Source of the DNA: the human T2T-CHM13v2.0 reference genome, Homo sapiens
Length of the DNA: 64,000 nucleotides
Assembly (NCBI RefSeq): GCF_009914755.1
Contig: NC_060926.1
Strand: one strand, 5' to 3'
Under the pieces are notes generated by a model. The model saw only the letters and a list, made by a program, of their open reading frames with translations, was not told where the DNA came from and did not search any database. Below are positions 15,084 to 32,576 of this stretch, piece after piece. Numbering within the stretch: the stretch's first letter is position 1; each line of letters opens with the position of its first letter. A program made the translations under genes and the position numbers.

Positions 15084-16762
15084 CTGAATACAATTATAAA
15101 TTTGAAATTGAGATAGAGTAAAAATAACAGGTTTTAGAAATAAAAACATAAACACATAAATATATGAATTTATAGATGGTAATAAAAATAGTTTATACTA
15201 TATAACGACATTTAATGACTGGTATTACAGATTCATTTAAATTATTTAAATAATTTTAGAATTAGTTATAATATTATTGCATTATATTAAATATACTTCA
15301 TGATGCAATAACCTGTGCAGTAAGAATTTAACTCAATAGTCCATAGAAGGAAAAAAAAAACAAACAAACCTTGATATCCTTCATCCCTTTGATTTTGAAG
15401 TGTTACATGAGTTTTTTTTTTTACAATTTTAAATTAAATCATTTTAAATTATTGAAGTCTCCAAATACTTTCAAAACTGTAATAATATTTAGCAACCTTT
15501 GAGTATGTTAATTCTTACATTCACTGTATAAAGCACAAAGTCAAAATCTTGGCATGGTCTCACAGACCCAATAATATCTATTTGGTTGCATTGACATAAA
15601 TAAAGTATTTGAATAAGTTCTAAGAATTGTATTGTTTTGGGATTTTAAATATGAATACATGTGTAATTAACAGAGTTAACAGAATGTGCAGTATTCCTTT
15701 ATGATGCCGAAATTAAGAATAACAAGCAGCTAAATGTTATTTACAAGTGTAATATTTGCAAGTTTATAATATTTATAAGTGTATCAGTCACAAGATGTAA
15801 ATACTACCCAGTCTAATTAATTGACAGAAATTATGATAGCTGCCTTTTTCTATGAGCTTGAGTTGGCTAGGCTTGCATTCAAATGTCTGGGCTTCTGGCC
15901 TTATGTTAGACCACTGTGTAGTCTCTCATACTTACTTAATGACTTTGTAGTCTGAATTCCTTAGCTCAGGGATACTAAAAAGCTTTTTCCTTGAGTTCAA
16001 CTCCTTTTAATTGGCAGTGTTTGTCTAGGGATCTGTATTCATAAGGAGTCTAATAACATGTCTGTATTCAGTAAGAAGGAAATCTGTGATCAATTAACAA
16101 TATAGCCCATGGACATGGTACTGGGGCATAGTAATGTGTGAGCCTTGTACTTGTGATTCTGACCTAGTCTCTCAAGGTAATGGTTTTATGGTCATACATA
16201 CATTATAGTACAGTTTTCCACCAGTAATATTTTTCTGTAAGATAATGTAATTAAAATATATAATTAAAAAATGAAGTGTTTTAATGAGTATATTTGTAGA
16301 GACACCTAGCACATAAATTGAGTAGTGTATCTTTTTTCTGGCTTTGCTTTCTAACTTTACTCAAATTTTGGCCCAAGATGTAAATACAAACAACACAATT
16401 ATGCTGCTTCTTAGCTAGCATCACATTGAAATGATTACATTCTATTTCATAATCACCATTTCCATAACTAAAACCTATCTTTTACTGTACTTTTAATTTC
16501 AACAGATTTTACTTTCCTATCTTGGGGAAACAGTTCCAAATGGTATAATAAGATATAGAAACCAGAAAATCAAATTTGGGGAAATTATGCTTGGATTCCA
16601 TTCATAAGTAATGATCTTATTTTCCAAAACACTTTCAAAACATATGAAGCACACACTAATTAATTTATCCACAGATTTGCAGACCCTTTCTTAAAAATGG
16701 TAAACATATGACATATTTGCCACTGTTTTCTGCATATTGCTGCTTAAATTTAAATTCTATCA

Positions 16763-17154
<392 letters not shown>

Positions 17155-17439
17155 AGAAGTGTAAGAACCATGTCTGCTATATAAAAGTGGCTCAGATGCT
17201 AATATTTTAAGCCCATGAATATACAACAGAATTATAACAATTTTCTACTTTCATTTGTCCCTGTGAGTCATAATAAAACAAAAAACGGATAAAAAAAAAT
17301 TTTATGGCTTCATCATACTAATTAAGTTACTCTGAGAGTATCATTATTCAGTAGATAGTTATAGGGTAATGGAATTTTAATAATTTTAGGTAATAATGAA
17401 GATTATGAGATAATAAAAGAGTTAAAGAATTATTTCTAC

Positions 17440-17586
17440 CTGGCGCAATAGCCCCAGCCACTCAAGAGGCTGAGGCAGGAGGACTGCTTGAGTCCAGGAC
17501 TTTGAGGATGTAGTGCGCGATGATGGGCACACATGAATACCACTGCACTCGAGTCTAGGCAACATAGTGACATCCTGTCTCTAAAC
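17440..17586 (+). mobile_element. FAM (fossil Alu monomer), 7SL-derived SINE
   Basis: Monomer with gtagtgcgcgatgat...tgaataccactgcactc, the 7SL-like FAM signature. Confidence 0.8.
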
Positions 17587-18789
17587 AATTTTTTTCAAAA
17601 ATTATTTCTAAGCAACTACATCCAGTTTATTGGCTATAGGGAGAAGAAGGCTAAGGATATGGAATGTGAAACAAACAAAAATCCTAAGACAAATCTGTTT
17701 TGCATGGGCAAAGCTTCCCCTGGTGTTCTTTCTTTCTCCTCTCTCCATCTCTTTTCCTTTGCACCAATCCTTTTACAGTTTAGTTGTTGCAGTTCTCCTT
17801 CTCCTCTTTTCTGACATTGTTCCCTAAAGAGCTGTGAAATGAACTGTCAAAATTTTCATTTCTGCTAGTCCATATACAGATTTTATGTGGAAGTCAAACA
17901 AGATGGCAAATTTACCTTTGAGGATCTGTATAGGAGATAAATGAAATGGAGTCACTAGAAATCACCTTCCCTGGGTCTGAACACTCTGGTTGAAGTGGAA
18001 TACTCTAATGAAGTGTCTCACTGGGATGATGTTTTCTGTTGTTAGGGAATTTCTATTTTTGCCAAAATGTACTTGTCTGCTTCTTCCACAAAAAGTGTAA
18101 CAATCTCATGGTTTGTGGAACTCCTAGCAAGTAAAGCACGTTGAACTACTACTTGCTGCTTCTTCCCAGGTTCATCCCCATATAAGGAAAAAGAGTTCAC
18201 TTTCTAAATTCCTGAAATTTTCTCTTTGTGATAACAGTTTAAGTAGAAATGGAACTACTTAAGAAAAGGCTTTTTATGTGTAAGGATAATCGGAAATGTG
18301 GGATATCTGGAGGAAGCTACATAATAGCAAATGATGTGAAAGACATTAGAGAATGTCATAAGAAAGAGATGTCATATGTTTTATTCACCGCTGTATTCTC
18401 CATACTATTAGTGCCGGGGACATAGTAAACATTCAGTACAAACTGCTGAGTGAATTAATAAATTAATAAACTAGCAAATATAGAAAACAAATGTAAATTA
18501 ACATCTCATATAACTTTATCCCAGCTCTACTGGGATAAAGATCATGCCTGTCTGTGAACCAAGTATCTAATACTGTCACATGATTATAATAACTATCCAG
18601 TAAACATTTTTAGGAGCGATGAATGATTATCTCTGCAAGTGGGCTCATTTAAGTAAAGCAGCTCAATGACCAATGGTACTGTTGTGTCATTTAGCCATAT
18701 AAAATATTGTTTGGTAAAGTAAGGACTCAAAAGAGATCTATACCTTGAATTAAAGTTTCTTTAATGTATAACTATTTCTCGTTCTTCAG

Positions 18790-18967
18790 TTTTTTTAAAT
18801 GCCATTTACTACTTGAAGAAAACAAGTCAGTTATACTATAGAATAGCTCACATTCTGAATTTGACTAATTGCACCCTAAGAATGTTGATACCTTTGCAAC
18901 CTCCAAAGTGATTAATGAGCTTTTGCTTTTTAAAGTATTGTTGTGAACTCATTGATTTTTATACTGT

Positions 18968-19010
<43 letters not shown>

Positions 19011-19700
19011 AATCCCTTACAGTCGTTTTTCTTTCTAATGCACAAATTGTCCCTTTTGTCAGTGGAAGTTCCTTTAAGTAAGTTTGTTGTTGTGCACTTT
19101 GTACACTCTCTTAATAATCTCAGATGTTAGCAGCTCATCTTGTCAATTTATTTTCTCACACTTAAAATTAGGCATCTCTCAAAGGAGTGTTTCCTTTAAT
19201 TGGAAAATGGTATTTAGAGACCACTTGGTGAATTTCAGGACAGTCATTACCATTGGTTTATAATTGGTTCTAGGACTTTTCACTGGCAGATGTAGAAATC
19301 ATATATTTTTAGAAAGAGAAAGATTAATCAAGATCTTATACTGATACTTTTGGATTTAATAAGAGAGGATTTTACTTAACTTTTTGTTTCTACATTTATA
19401 TCTCCTTTCTCTGAAATTTTGATTCTAATGACATTGACATAAATAAGCATTTGAACCACCCTACATGTTTCAAATTAGCAGAGCCAATATTATTATTAAC
19501 AATGTCTATGGATGCAGTTTAAGATTTCTTTGTTTTTTTGTTCTTACAACATATTACGCTAAATGTAGAGCAAAAATATTATAATTTAAAATCACTTTAA
19601 GTAATCATTTTCTGTGTGTGCCACAGAGATAAATACTTGCTATACAATTAGATTGAACCATATTTTTAAACTTCTTCTTTGTTGTTTTGTTATTAACAAG
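18790..19700 (-). mobile_element. Old L1M fragment(s)
   Basis: L1M 3'-UTR-like phrases (ttattctatagaat...cacattctgaatttgactaattgc, ttggaaaatggtatttagagaccac); boundaries approximate. Confidence 0.5.
18965..19007. repeat. (TG)n microsatellite
   Basis: About 21 units with one interruption. Confidence 0.95.
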
Positions 19701-20866
19701 CTAATCATATTATCAGTTCCATTCATACAGAAACTTATCTTCACAATTCTCCCAATTTTTATTCTTAATGTGAGAGTATTCTGTGTGTAATTCTGCTTTC
19801 TAGCCACTTGTTCAGTTTTTTTTTGTTCTAGACTGTAAAAAAAAAAGTAGAAATCAACTACCAATAGTGTTAGCTACTTACATATAGACTGCACTAAACA
19901 TCTATAAATGTAGAGAAAAATGACTTTACTACAATTAATTTCATTTCTTCTGAGCCTTATCATGAAAATGTCTGGATATATGGAGATATATTTAGCCATC
20001 AAATCACTATGTCCACCAACTTATGGGATGAGATACATGGTAATAAGGATATCTACTTTCACATGAATAAGATTTTAAAGAAGTAGTAGTATTTGATTTC
20101 GCATATGCACTTTGCATATCTTGTGAATATGATTCAAGATAAATATATAAGCCTTAACCAATACATCCCCACCTCTTGATGTTTTACATATTACCCAGAT
20201 TGGTTCAACGTATTAAATAAACAAAACCAAAGCCAAGATATTTTCATGGATGAGTTTAATTAAAATGTGTTTTTCTGCCTTAGAAAAGTTTAATGTAATT
20301 TTCAAATTTATGAATGCTAGGTAAATATGTGGCTGGTAAATGAGTGTAAAAAATGTAACTCTCCTTTGTGTTTAAAAAAAAAAATGTTTTGACTTTTATT
20401 TTGTGAAGAGCTCCATGACTAGAAGCAGTGTATTTTTCAACTTTTTCTCTTGAGCGACCTTTGCATCCTTGAGACTTAGGTTTTGCTAGCCCTCAGGCGA
20501 GAAATTACATGTGTTTGTTTTCAAAATCCAGGCTGTTGAATGTGGTTATTGTGACTTTTTCAAAATGGTCAGAGAAGGGAGAATTGTCCAGTCCTACAGG
20601 GAATGCCTCAGGGCTGGAAGAGACCTAGTTTGCATGAATTCTGTAAATACCAGAGACCTGTAGTATCTCCCACAGAGGCATGAAATCAGTGGATGCCTAG
20701 GGAATTGGGAACAAACACAGAAACCTCCAGAGCTGCAGCGAAAATCCTCTGGCCAAGTCTATGGTCAGCGGGCGGGCATTCATGAGAGGTGAGTACATAT
20801 GCTTCTCAACCAGAGCAGCGGAGCTTTAGGGAATCATTGCAATACAGGAGCCATGGTATACACTGA

Positions 20867-21172
<306 letters not shown>

Positions 21173-21867
21173 TAGAGCTCTTTTTTCCTTCACTTCTGAC
21201 TGGACTTGATTGCGCAAACCTTGTGTTTCTGATATTATCCATGTGAAATCACTGATACTGGGATATGAGAGCTTGGGGTCCTTTTAGATTTGATTGAGAA
21301 AAATATATATAATCATGTGTTGTTTATTATTTTTAAAGCATCATGGAGTAATTAATATCTGAAACATAAGGACATAAATGCATAAATAACAAATTGTATG
21401 AAGTATTATAAATGTTAGCACAAACTAAGTTTATAGAATTATCCAGAGGATTTGTAAACTTTTTCACTTAAAGCTGTGTGTACATAGGCCTTATTATAAA
21501 TGGATTGTGATTCATCACCGAAGCAAAGCTCAACCTGTGGTTTCATAAAAATTGATGACCCACATCGATGTCTGTAAGACTATATCTATTGAAGAAAGAG
21601 ACTGGGGAGAAGAAACTGTTTAAAATGCATAAAAATATTAGTCCTGACTATAAATACTGCAGCAAATTTATGAACTAATTCACAGATGGCAGGGGCATCA
21701 GCTATAGGGAATAGGGTTTCCAAACATCCTATTCCTACAACGCAGCTATTCACCAGTTGAGGTAAAACAGACTATAAAATTAACTGTCAATAGCAGCACA
21801 AGAGCTATTCCCTGTGCTGGGGATGTGAAGCACAGCACATGGATATAATACTTATCTCAATGTGTCA

Positions 21868-22110
<243 letters not shown>

Positions 22111-23212
22111 TTATTCTATTATATGTAAGTGCATTGTAAAATTTATATGACATATGACATGAGGTAGCATTAAAGAAAAAAAAAGAGGTTAGTCAGACAG
22201 AACCAATATATTGTTTAGGAAAAATCTCATGAAGCATCTATGGTACATAATATAATAATTTTTCCAATTTATTTTTAAAGTCATAAGTACAAAATGGCAT
22301 TACAAAAACAAGTTGGAACGTAGGACAAAAGATAAATGGTCTACTGTTTAATAAAAATAAGCCTGAAAATGTACCTATTGTCATACTGTAACAATGATCT
22401 TTTTTAGTTGCTGGAGTTCTATGTCATTTTATGTATTTACTTTAAGTAAGTATGACATTTTGTGACTCTCTGTACCCATTGGACTGTTTATTATTAACTG
22501 GGCAGTGAGTCTAGCCTTTGTATTTGACTTTATATTATGTATTCTAAAAACATTCTAATTATTCAATTTTGTCCCCAGAAAATCTGGAGTTCCTGGAACA
22601 AGAACAGTATATAGGGATAATATTACACAAAGCTAGTTTGTAAGATTCATCTTTAAAAACTGCACATTTGTTTATGCCATTGTTTATTGTGCCCTATATC
22701 ACTTGCCTGTCAATTTAGATAATTTAGCAGTTATTGATTTAATTATGGTGTCCCATAGTCCACATAGGGCATAAGCCACATAGTAATGACTTACTACTTG
22801 GCTTAATTCCTATTGGAATATGTTTCATCTGGAAAATGAAGTAGGATTTCAGAAATTCGTTCATGCAAGTAATCAATATGACTGCTGGATATCATCTCTT
22901 GTTTTGTTTTTATTCTCTAAACAGGACTGATATCTTACATGATGAAAGACCTCTTCGTGTTTTCTCTGTTCATTCCTTGTGTTTGCAGCTGTATCACACA
23001 TAATAATATTCTTACTGGGTCAAGAAGCAATAACTAACAGACATTAAGGAATATCCATATGATGCCTGATTTTCTGCACAAAGATTGTGAGTAAATCAGT
23101 CTGCATCTGGATTTTGCTCTACACAATCCCTTGGTTTCTACATATAGAGTAACATCTTGATGGTTTGGTATCATGAGGGTTCCTACATTCCTATATAAAG
23201 AAACCCTTTCAG

Positions 23213-23588
<376 letters not shown>

Positions 23589-23799
23589 CTACTTAGTTTA
23601 GTTTAAAACAAGACCTTCACGGTATAAGACAAGGTGCCATTTGATAGAATGGGAAAATGCCCTTAAGTGGATAATCTTCTCATGTTCCTACACTCCTTTG
23701 TTTAGTAAATGTGACAATAGAAATTTCCCTTTTTGTTTATATAAGGTATTCACATAGATTATGCTTTAATCTTAAAAATAACAATTAATACTAATATTT

Positions 23800-24070
23800 A
23801 TTATAACTAATAATAATTACCATCTACCGATTGCTTATTTGTTGTCAGGTACTAGGTAAAGTTAATGAAAAGTACTTGAATTAACTCACCAGTGAATTTT
23901 TGTAACAACTCTCTAAGGAACGTGCTATACTTGTACCCTGTTTAAGATGCGTAAATTGAGGCACAGAGATAAGTAACGTACTTCAAATCACAGAGCGTAC
24001 AGAAGAGCTATTAATTGAACTTGAATCAAGACAACCAGATACCAGGGCCTGTACTTTTTCCTAGTAGGCT
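23800..24070 (-). mobile_element. MIR SINE
   Basis: Core gatgcgtaaattgaggcacagagataagtaacgtacttcaaatcacag. Confidence 0.7.
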
Positions 24071-25379
24071 GTATCATTGCTTCCCATACAATTGAGGAAA
24101 AAATAAGTGTCCACATATTACAGAGATTAACATTAAAGCCCTGGGAAGCCAAGTTACTTATCTAAAGCACATGGCTAGCAATATCTATTTTATTAATAAT
24201 AACAAGAAGAAACTCATTTGCTGTTATCACCATTCCATACTGAAGCCATTTCGCCCTCCTGGTTGCAGACACATGCAGTTTTATTCTTAGAGGAAAGAAA
24301 TTATAGTGAAATATGTTCAATTTATTTAACAATGGAAAATAACAGCCCAAAATTTTTTCATGAAAAGAATAAAGAAAGAGTAAATTTAAAACATGTCGTG
24401 CTTACATGTTTAAAAACAGCAGAAGAAACATCTAATTTCATAGAATTGGGAGTTGTAGAATGGGACTAATTCTTCCTCTAATGTTCTAATTTGCCTTTAT
24501 CCTATTTAAAAGTAAGTGTGCTCATGATGTGCTACACAGCAAAGGCTTCACAGGCCTTGACACACTTTGCTATACAAAGGGTTGAAAGTTGTTGATGTAG
24601 GTTAAAAAAAGTTATCAAGCCAGTAGTTGAAAGCATTTGCCCAAGAGTTCCACAGAATGCTCATTTTCTAGAGACTTTGTCCTAACATTATTAATTATTC
24701 TGCTTCAAAATGGCAGTAGAGAGGCTGAGAGATTTGCTGGGAAAAGCTTTTCCAGGGAAAGTGGAAATTCTGCATGTTTCTATCACGTTTTTAAAAATGC
24801 CAGCAAATCTACTTCTGAATAATAATCATGAATTATTTATACATGTACAAATACCATCAAGGAATAGGGTACCAAGTCTATTTCTAACCATCATTCATAT
24901 ACCTCAGAATCTTTTGCCACTAGATAGCTCAAAAAGAAACTCTCTCTTCAGGAAAATGTAATTTAGTTACCACGGAAAGCCCTAAGGAATTTTTCCTTAT
25001 TGCTTATCTTAACTTTGATCTTATTTGGATAAAATAAAAGACCAATTTTCAGACTTTATCATGATACTATTTTTCTTGTGAAAGAGAACAATAACAAAAA
25101 CAACATGACTGTAGTAAAAGCTAACCCATCTGAAAAAAAAGTTGAATGTGACATTCTCCCCCGTATTTCCAAAATGCTATATTCATGCTAATTTTCTCTG
25201 ATATTGCCTATATCCCTGGACCAAGAGTAGATGGGGAACTCTACACGGGAACAATTAACCAGGTTTTCCATAAACCTCATCTAGACAAGCCAGATTGGCA
25301 ACCAAGAAGCTTTTGCAGGGTATGTTTTCCATGTTTCAGAAGGCTAATTGGGATTCTTCAATAAGAATAAAATATAAAG

Positions 25380-25713
<334 letters not shown>

Positions 25714-26618
25714 TCATGTAGACTGATCATTTCTTTCAATACTGATGGAGGTAAAAACATACAACCACAGAACTGAAAAGAGCTTTGGAAGTCAACTTAC
25801 ACAAAACTGTAGAAAATTATGTTCAGGAAATAAAAGTGGCTTTCAAAACCATAGAGTTAATGGCAGAGCAGAAAGACTTTTGGACTTCAGTTTCTCTACT
25901 ATCTTAAAAACTCTTAGTGATAAGTTCAAAAGTTATATGAATGTCGATGTTAGCATTTGACAAGAATTTTTAGAATACAATTAGTATAACTTATACTCTA
26001 TACAAATAATCTTCTGATAGAAATTCAGTGTGAAAGTACTAGAAATTCAAATAAGGCAGAAGCAGCTTGTCTCTCTATGTAAACCTTAATTTTTAATCAC
26101 TTGTTATTTTAAAATCCATTGGATTTTTAGTTACTTCTTAATAATGTAAGGCTATAAAGTAATTTATTTCATAAATCAGTAACTTAGATGGCATATATGA
26201 CATATTTTATTTTTTGTTGATAAAGATATTATAGATATGTTGAGATTTCTCAATTATTTCCAAACCTCTGATCCGGATTACAAAATAACTCCAATGACAA
26301 TGAGATTTTCTTGTTTTGAAGAGCAGAAATAATTGTTGAAGCAAAGTGTCCCTGCTGAACACTTAATGAGGGAAATGATAAGCAGAGGATAATAAAATGA
26401 CAATGAACTAATTATCCTATGTATATATAAAAATATAGAAAGCATATTAAATTTAAAACGTAGTTGGCAGTTAATTGCCCCACTACTATTTGAACTCTTC
26501 CCATATCTATCACTGGACTATCTCCAACACAATTTAAAAAGTAAATGCATGAAATCAGATTCATAAACAAAGAAGTCCAAAAGTGACTTTAAATTATGTT
26601 GCTGTTATTTTTCAACTA

Positions 26619-26935
26619 CAGTTATGTGTTACATAATAACATTTCCAACAACATACAGTGGTGGTGCCATAAATTATAATATTTTTACTGTACTTTTTAA
26701 ATGTTGATAGGCAAATACATACCATGGTGTTACAATTCCCTACAGTATTCAGTACAGTAACATGCTGTATAGGTTTTTAGCCTACGAGCAATTAGCTGAA
26801 CCATATAGTTTAGGTGTGTAGTAGTCTGTACCATCTATGTTTGTGTAAGTACACTTGATGTCGTTCACACAATGACAAAATTGCCTAGCGACAAATTTCT
26901 CAAAATGTATCCCCACTGTTAAGCAACACATGATG
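26619..26935 (+). mobile_element. Tigger3a-like non-autonomous DNA transposon
   Basis: ta-cagttatgtgttacataa ... ttaagcaacacatga inverted termini; internal cctacagtattcagtacagtaacatgctgtataggt. Confidence 0.8.
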
Positions 26936-27087
26936 ATATAGGTTGATTTATATGTCTGTGATATGTTTCACTACTTAATAATAGCTAACAATAACTGCCA
27001 AATGTAAATCAAAGTTCATAACATTGATCAATAATATTTAGAAAATAGGACAACATATACCACAGCCCTAATGTATTAGGACAGTGA

Positions 27088-27124
<37 letters not shown>
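27088..27124. repeat. (TG)n microsatellite
   Basis: Direct reading of the sequence. Confidence 0.95.
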
Positions 27125-27126
<2 letters not shown>

Positions 27127-28770
27127 ACAATTATTTTCATAGATAACAATTGCAAATATCTTGATAGATTTTAGTACAGCAATAGTATTTTTTTTCTAAA
27201 GCTTGTTTCTATATGACTAATATTTTGGTGCTCCCCAAAGATATAATTGAATTCTTTTCTCGTTCTTTATTGACTAAATTTCTGCCTGTGTAGAACGACT
27301 GGCATTGTCAATGTTGAAACCTTCCCATTTCTTCTGGCCTATTCAAAATAGTATCTTCAAGCCCTATTCAATTATCTAGATCCCTGGATCCATCCTCTTA
27401 CATGTTCAAAACATGTTAATATACTTTGATATTTGCCCTAACATACTCTGACATTCCTCTTACATGTGTAAAATGTAAACGTACTCTTATACTTGTCCCA
27501 TATATGCCTACTAGTCTTCCATATTACAATTGTAAAATACTTCATTCTTGTTCGCTGTCATCTCTCCTCTGCAACTTCATCAATATTACTTGTCTTAGTC
27601 GACAAGCTCAGAGTGAACAGAAACTAAAAGAGAACCACACATAATTGGGTATTTTATACTGGAATGCTTGATTTTGCAAGCACTTCCCCTGCTTTTTCTT
27701 AAGGGCACTGTGGCTACAGTGATTTATCACTGAGTTTCCACAGTGACAAGTGAGAGTCAATGTTCTTTCTCCTTGCTTTCTTGTGCCAAAGGCTGACTTT
27801 TAGATGTCAGTACAATGATATTCAGCCGCTTAGAAAACCGCAGCAGACTCAGAAGCAGGCGAGCCCTTCCTTCTTCTCCTGCTTTTCCTATTATAGCAGT
27901 AGGCTAACTTCTCACATAGATTCAACCACACCATGAATAAAAGTTCTCCAAGACATGTCTACAGAGTTGGCCTCTCATCCACCTTCTTCTGCTTTCAACA
28001 TCCTTCCGTTATAAGGCATTTGCTCTCAGTTACCTCATAGATGATTAACACCAAATATATCAAAAGAAAAGCTAAGTAGATATTTGTGCACTTAAGTTCT
28101 GTTTCATAAATAAGCAGAAAGTATATGCATAATTGTGGGATTTTTTATATTTATGCTTCTATCCCTACCAGCTCCACCCCGTCAGAATTTTATTTTAATC
28201 ATTAAGTGGATCAGAGAACTTCCATATACAGTTTTTAAAAACTGGTGATTAAAGAAATCTAAAACTCTATTGACTCTCTGCAATGCTCTTTATCTTTCTA
28301 AAGACTGTGACCTGTTAGAAGATATGTATGTAAAGAGGGAGTTATAAAAGTTTCTATATTCAGGGTATTCTGTAATCACAATAATCCAGAGATTTCATGC
28401 TTAATATACTTCATTCCCAAAGACAGGTCTGATTAAGTTTTGAAAGTTATCCAAAACATTAGTTGGTATTTTGCAAGCCAAATATCCAAGTGGTTTATTA
28501 AGGCTTTCACTCTACTAATTATATGCTTTAATATAACATATTCCTATGTAGATTTAGTCTTCTGCGTCTGGGGAAATGAATGCTCTTAGTCCAATGAGAT
28601 GTCTGCAAGAATAGTCATTATCGTTACTAATCTGCTTCAAGTCTTCTTGGAAGTACCAGATATAAATATTTAATAAATGGAATTTGATTATTATCTTATT
28701 TTAAACATGCTTGTATAGCTTTCTTTGTTTAAATGACAGTGTATAAAAGTGCCAATAAGAAATATATTCA

Positions 28771-29051
28771 GGCCGAGTGTGGCAGCTCACGCCTGTCATC
28801 CCCACACTTTGGGAGGCCAGGGTTTATTGCGTGGGCCCAAAAGTTAGAGATCAGCCTGCGCAACATGGCAAGATCCCATCTCTACAACTAATAAAGAAAA
28901 CTAGCCAGGTGTGGTGGCATGCTTCCGTAGTCCCAGCTGGAAGGTTGAGGTGGGAGGATCACCTGATCCTGGGAGATCAAGGCGGCAGTGAGTCATGATC
29001 ATGCCACTGCTCTCCAGCCTGAGCAACAGGGTGAGACCCTCTCTCAAAAAA
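28771..29051 (+). mobile_element. Alu (AluJ-type)
   Basis: Diverged dimer with gaggtgggaggatcacctga; flanking atatattc duplication. Confidence 0.9.
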
Positions 29052-29688
29052 TACATATATATATTCTGAAATAAATGCTACAATCAGGAGATACTGTCAC
29101 AATTTTATATAACTGCCATACTCTTCAGAAAGTAAAATTTGGGGAGAATTATTATTTTTAAATTTATTATATAAAATGGAGAAGACAGATGATAACAATA
29201 GTGTTATTCTATTTTCAGAGAAATGCATCCTGAATATATAAGGTGTTGACTACTGTAGAGAGAATAAGTGATATTTCACTGAAATATGCTCATGGGCGAA
29301 TTTATAGTGTAAAAGGATTTGAGACTGAAATGAAATGAATACTATTTGTTAAAGAATGAGATGTTTTGTAGTGACTCCACATCATTCAGCTCATTGTGTG
29401 AACTTGCATCAAGGGTTTCCTTCATTGCATACTAATGGGTTGCATTAAACCTCATGATACTTTCATACCAGTTGTGAGAACTGTAACAAAATAACTCTTA
29501 GGATAAGCATTTCAATAATTCTACCATTTGAAATTCAGGTAGTCTGAATATTCTTGTCCAAATGTGAATATATGCATAAAAATGTGAGCCATAAGACAGG
29601 TTCAAATTTATACCTTAACAGAACTAAAAATTGCCATCCTGCTTATTGAATGGGCTGTCAAGCTCAAAACATTATTAGGCAAGAGTTA

Positions 29689-29862
<174 letters not shown>

Positions 29863-30092
29863 TCACAACGTCCTCACTGCCATGCCAAATCCATGGCATA
29901 TAATGTTTCCTTAATTCAGTTACTAAGAAGCATCCTTAGGAAAAATTGAAGGCAAGTGCTGAGGAAAATATATATTTTTTGTCTTGTTTTATGTTGTTAC
30001 TGTTCATGCTTTCACCGCGAGCTAATCAGTAAGAAACCGATTGGACCATCCAAGCAAAGTCAACACAAATCAGTTTTTAAAAAATCAAAATT

Positions 30093-30138
30093 GGCCAGGC
30101 ATGGTGGCTCACGCCTGTAATCCCAGCACTTCGGGAGG
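30093..30138 (+). mobile_element. Alu 5' stub (~46 bp)
   Basis: ggccaggcatggtggctcacgcctgtaatcccagcacttcgggagg, then abrupt loss of homology. Confidence 0.9.
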
Positions 30139-30679
30139 TTGTCCTTTCCTTTAGGACACTTCCTCTCTTATCCACCCTGTATTTCTTCTATGAAGCAACA
30201 AAATATATGGTTATTAATCATATTCTGTGGTTGTCATCTTGTCTTTCTCCCTAAGGAGCTCTTATTCGTAACTGATCTGTGATTAGTTGTTCTTTCTAAA
30301 TCCTGTCCACTGCCCACTCATAAACTCATAGGTTATAATAATGCTTCACATGTGTACAGAGTTTGAACATTAATTATGTTCCATCTCACATGAACCTTTA
30401 AACAATTGCACTGAGTACCAGGAAAGTATTAACTAGCCTTTCACTTTACAGATGGTGAAATAAAAACTTTTGGAAATTTAGGAACTTAATAAATTTTCAC
30501 TATTATTAAATGGCACAGCCAATATAAAGGAAGTGTGCTTCTACTCCTGATTTAGCGCTTTTTACAACAAATGTAACTTACATCTATATCAGCCAGAATC
30601 AGAATGCATGTAATAAGAATTTATTTAAAATTTAAATCATATGTATTTAAAGAGTAATATTGAACTATGTATAGCTAAA

Positions 30680-30832
30680 ACAGGGCTCCATTAAACCTTA
30701 ATGTGCATACATATAAGTCATTTGGGAATTTTGCTATAATGGAAATTGGGATTCAGTAGGTCTGGGTTTCTGATGAGCTGGCTGGCAATAATATTGCCTT
30801 TTGTCTATGAAGCACACTGAATAGCAAGGTTC
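30680..30832. mobile_element. MER5-type hAT MITE
   Basis: gattcagtaggtctggg and cacactgaatagcaagg motifs. Confidence 0.65.
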
Positions 30833-31596
30833 TAAAGTATCAAAATTATGAATTAAATAACACTAAAATGATAAAATTATAAGCCTTAATACAATACACA
30901 ATTTAGAACACATTTCCCTTTCGTGTACTTAGATCAACTCCTTATCAGCCATACTAGAGATGGATAGTGAAGTGCTTCCAGTCTCAGACTAGCAAAACAA
31001 ATTAGCTAAAGGAGTGGGTAGGTTATTGGTGGTGGTTTTGTGCTTTACTTCGAAATGCAACTTACAGAATTCAGACTTAAATAACATTAAGAAAGCAAAA
31101 GTGACTTAGGTATACTTATGAAAATTAAATACTGAGCATCTATTGAGGATCCAGCCTCTTTGCTAAGCATTTTCATACACAGAATCATACCCAATCCTCA
31201 CAATATTTTAAAGTATTGTTATATTTATTTAAACATATGAGGAAAATAACTCTCAAAACATTTAAATAATTTCTCCAATCTTACAAATATATTAAATGGA
31301 AAAGTAGGAATTTATATCCAGCTCCAGCAACATTTTATTAGAGAAATTCTTATGATAGATTTCAAATGCATTTTTCTATTTTTTTTTTTTAAGTATTGCC
31401 TGAATTTCCCTTCCTCCTTTTCTTCCTGCCTGCTAATAATTATTCAGAATGTCAGGTGCAATGTTTTCTGCTTTATATTATGTCCACTTTGTCTGTGTTA
31501 TATTTAACTTTAGGTTTAAAATTTGGCCTAAATTTTGCAGAATTTCTAATGTTACATTCTGCACACCTCAGTCAATCAGGAAATATGTTAGATTGA

Positions 31597-32139
<543 letters not shown>

Positions 32140-32576
32140 TAGCACTGACTCTCAGCACAACAATTCTCCTTGACTGCCAAAGGTTAATATTTGGTAATGA
32201 CAATCAATTTAATATGTTTTATATTTTTTTTTCTAAATCCATTTTGTATTTTTTCTATATTTAAACATTTGTATCATAGTTTGTGTTTAAAAATACCTGC
32301 ACCTATTTCTTAACAAAAACAAGTTAGAGTTCATTGCTAAAATTTCCTTTTGGGGCATGAAGAAAGAGTAATGCAGGAAACATTAGCTGCCTTATGTAAA
32401 GTTATACAAATTTTATGTTTCCGAGTTATTTAACTTTTTGATCCATGAAATTACTTGTAAAAGTTACAAATACAAACGACATAGCATTGTTCTGCACTTC
32501 AAACCTCCCTTGAGGTGCACACACGCACACAAAGAGACACATTTTAGAGGGGGAACTGTATGAGTAAGGCCTAAAA

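Noticed and set aside
20400-20830. Higher-GC unique stretch with a plus-strand consensus donor GAG|GTGAGT near 20788
   Set aside because: A single motif is expected by chance. An antisense exon or enhancer cannot be supported without expression or chromatin data.
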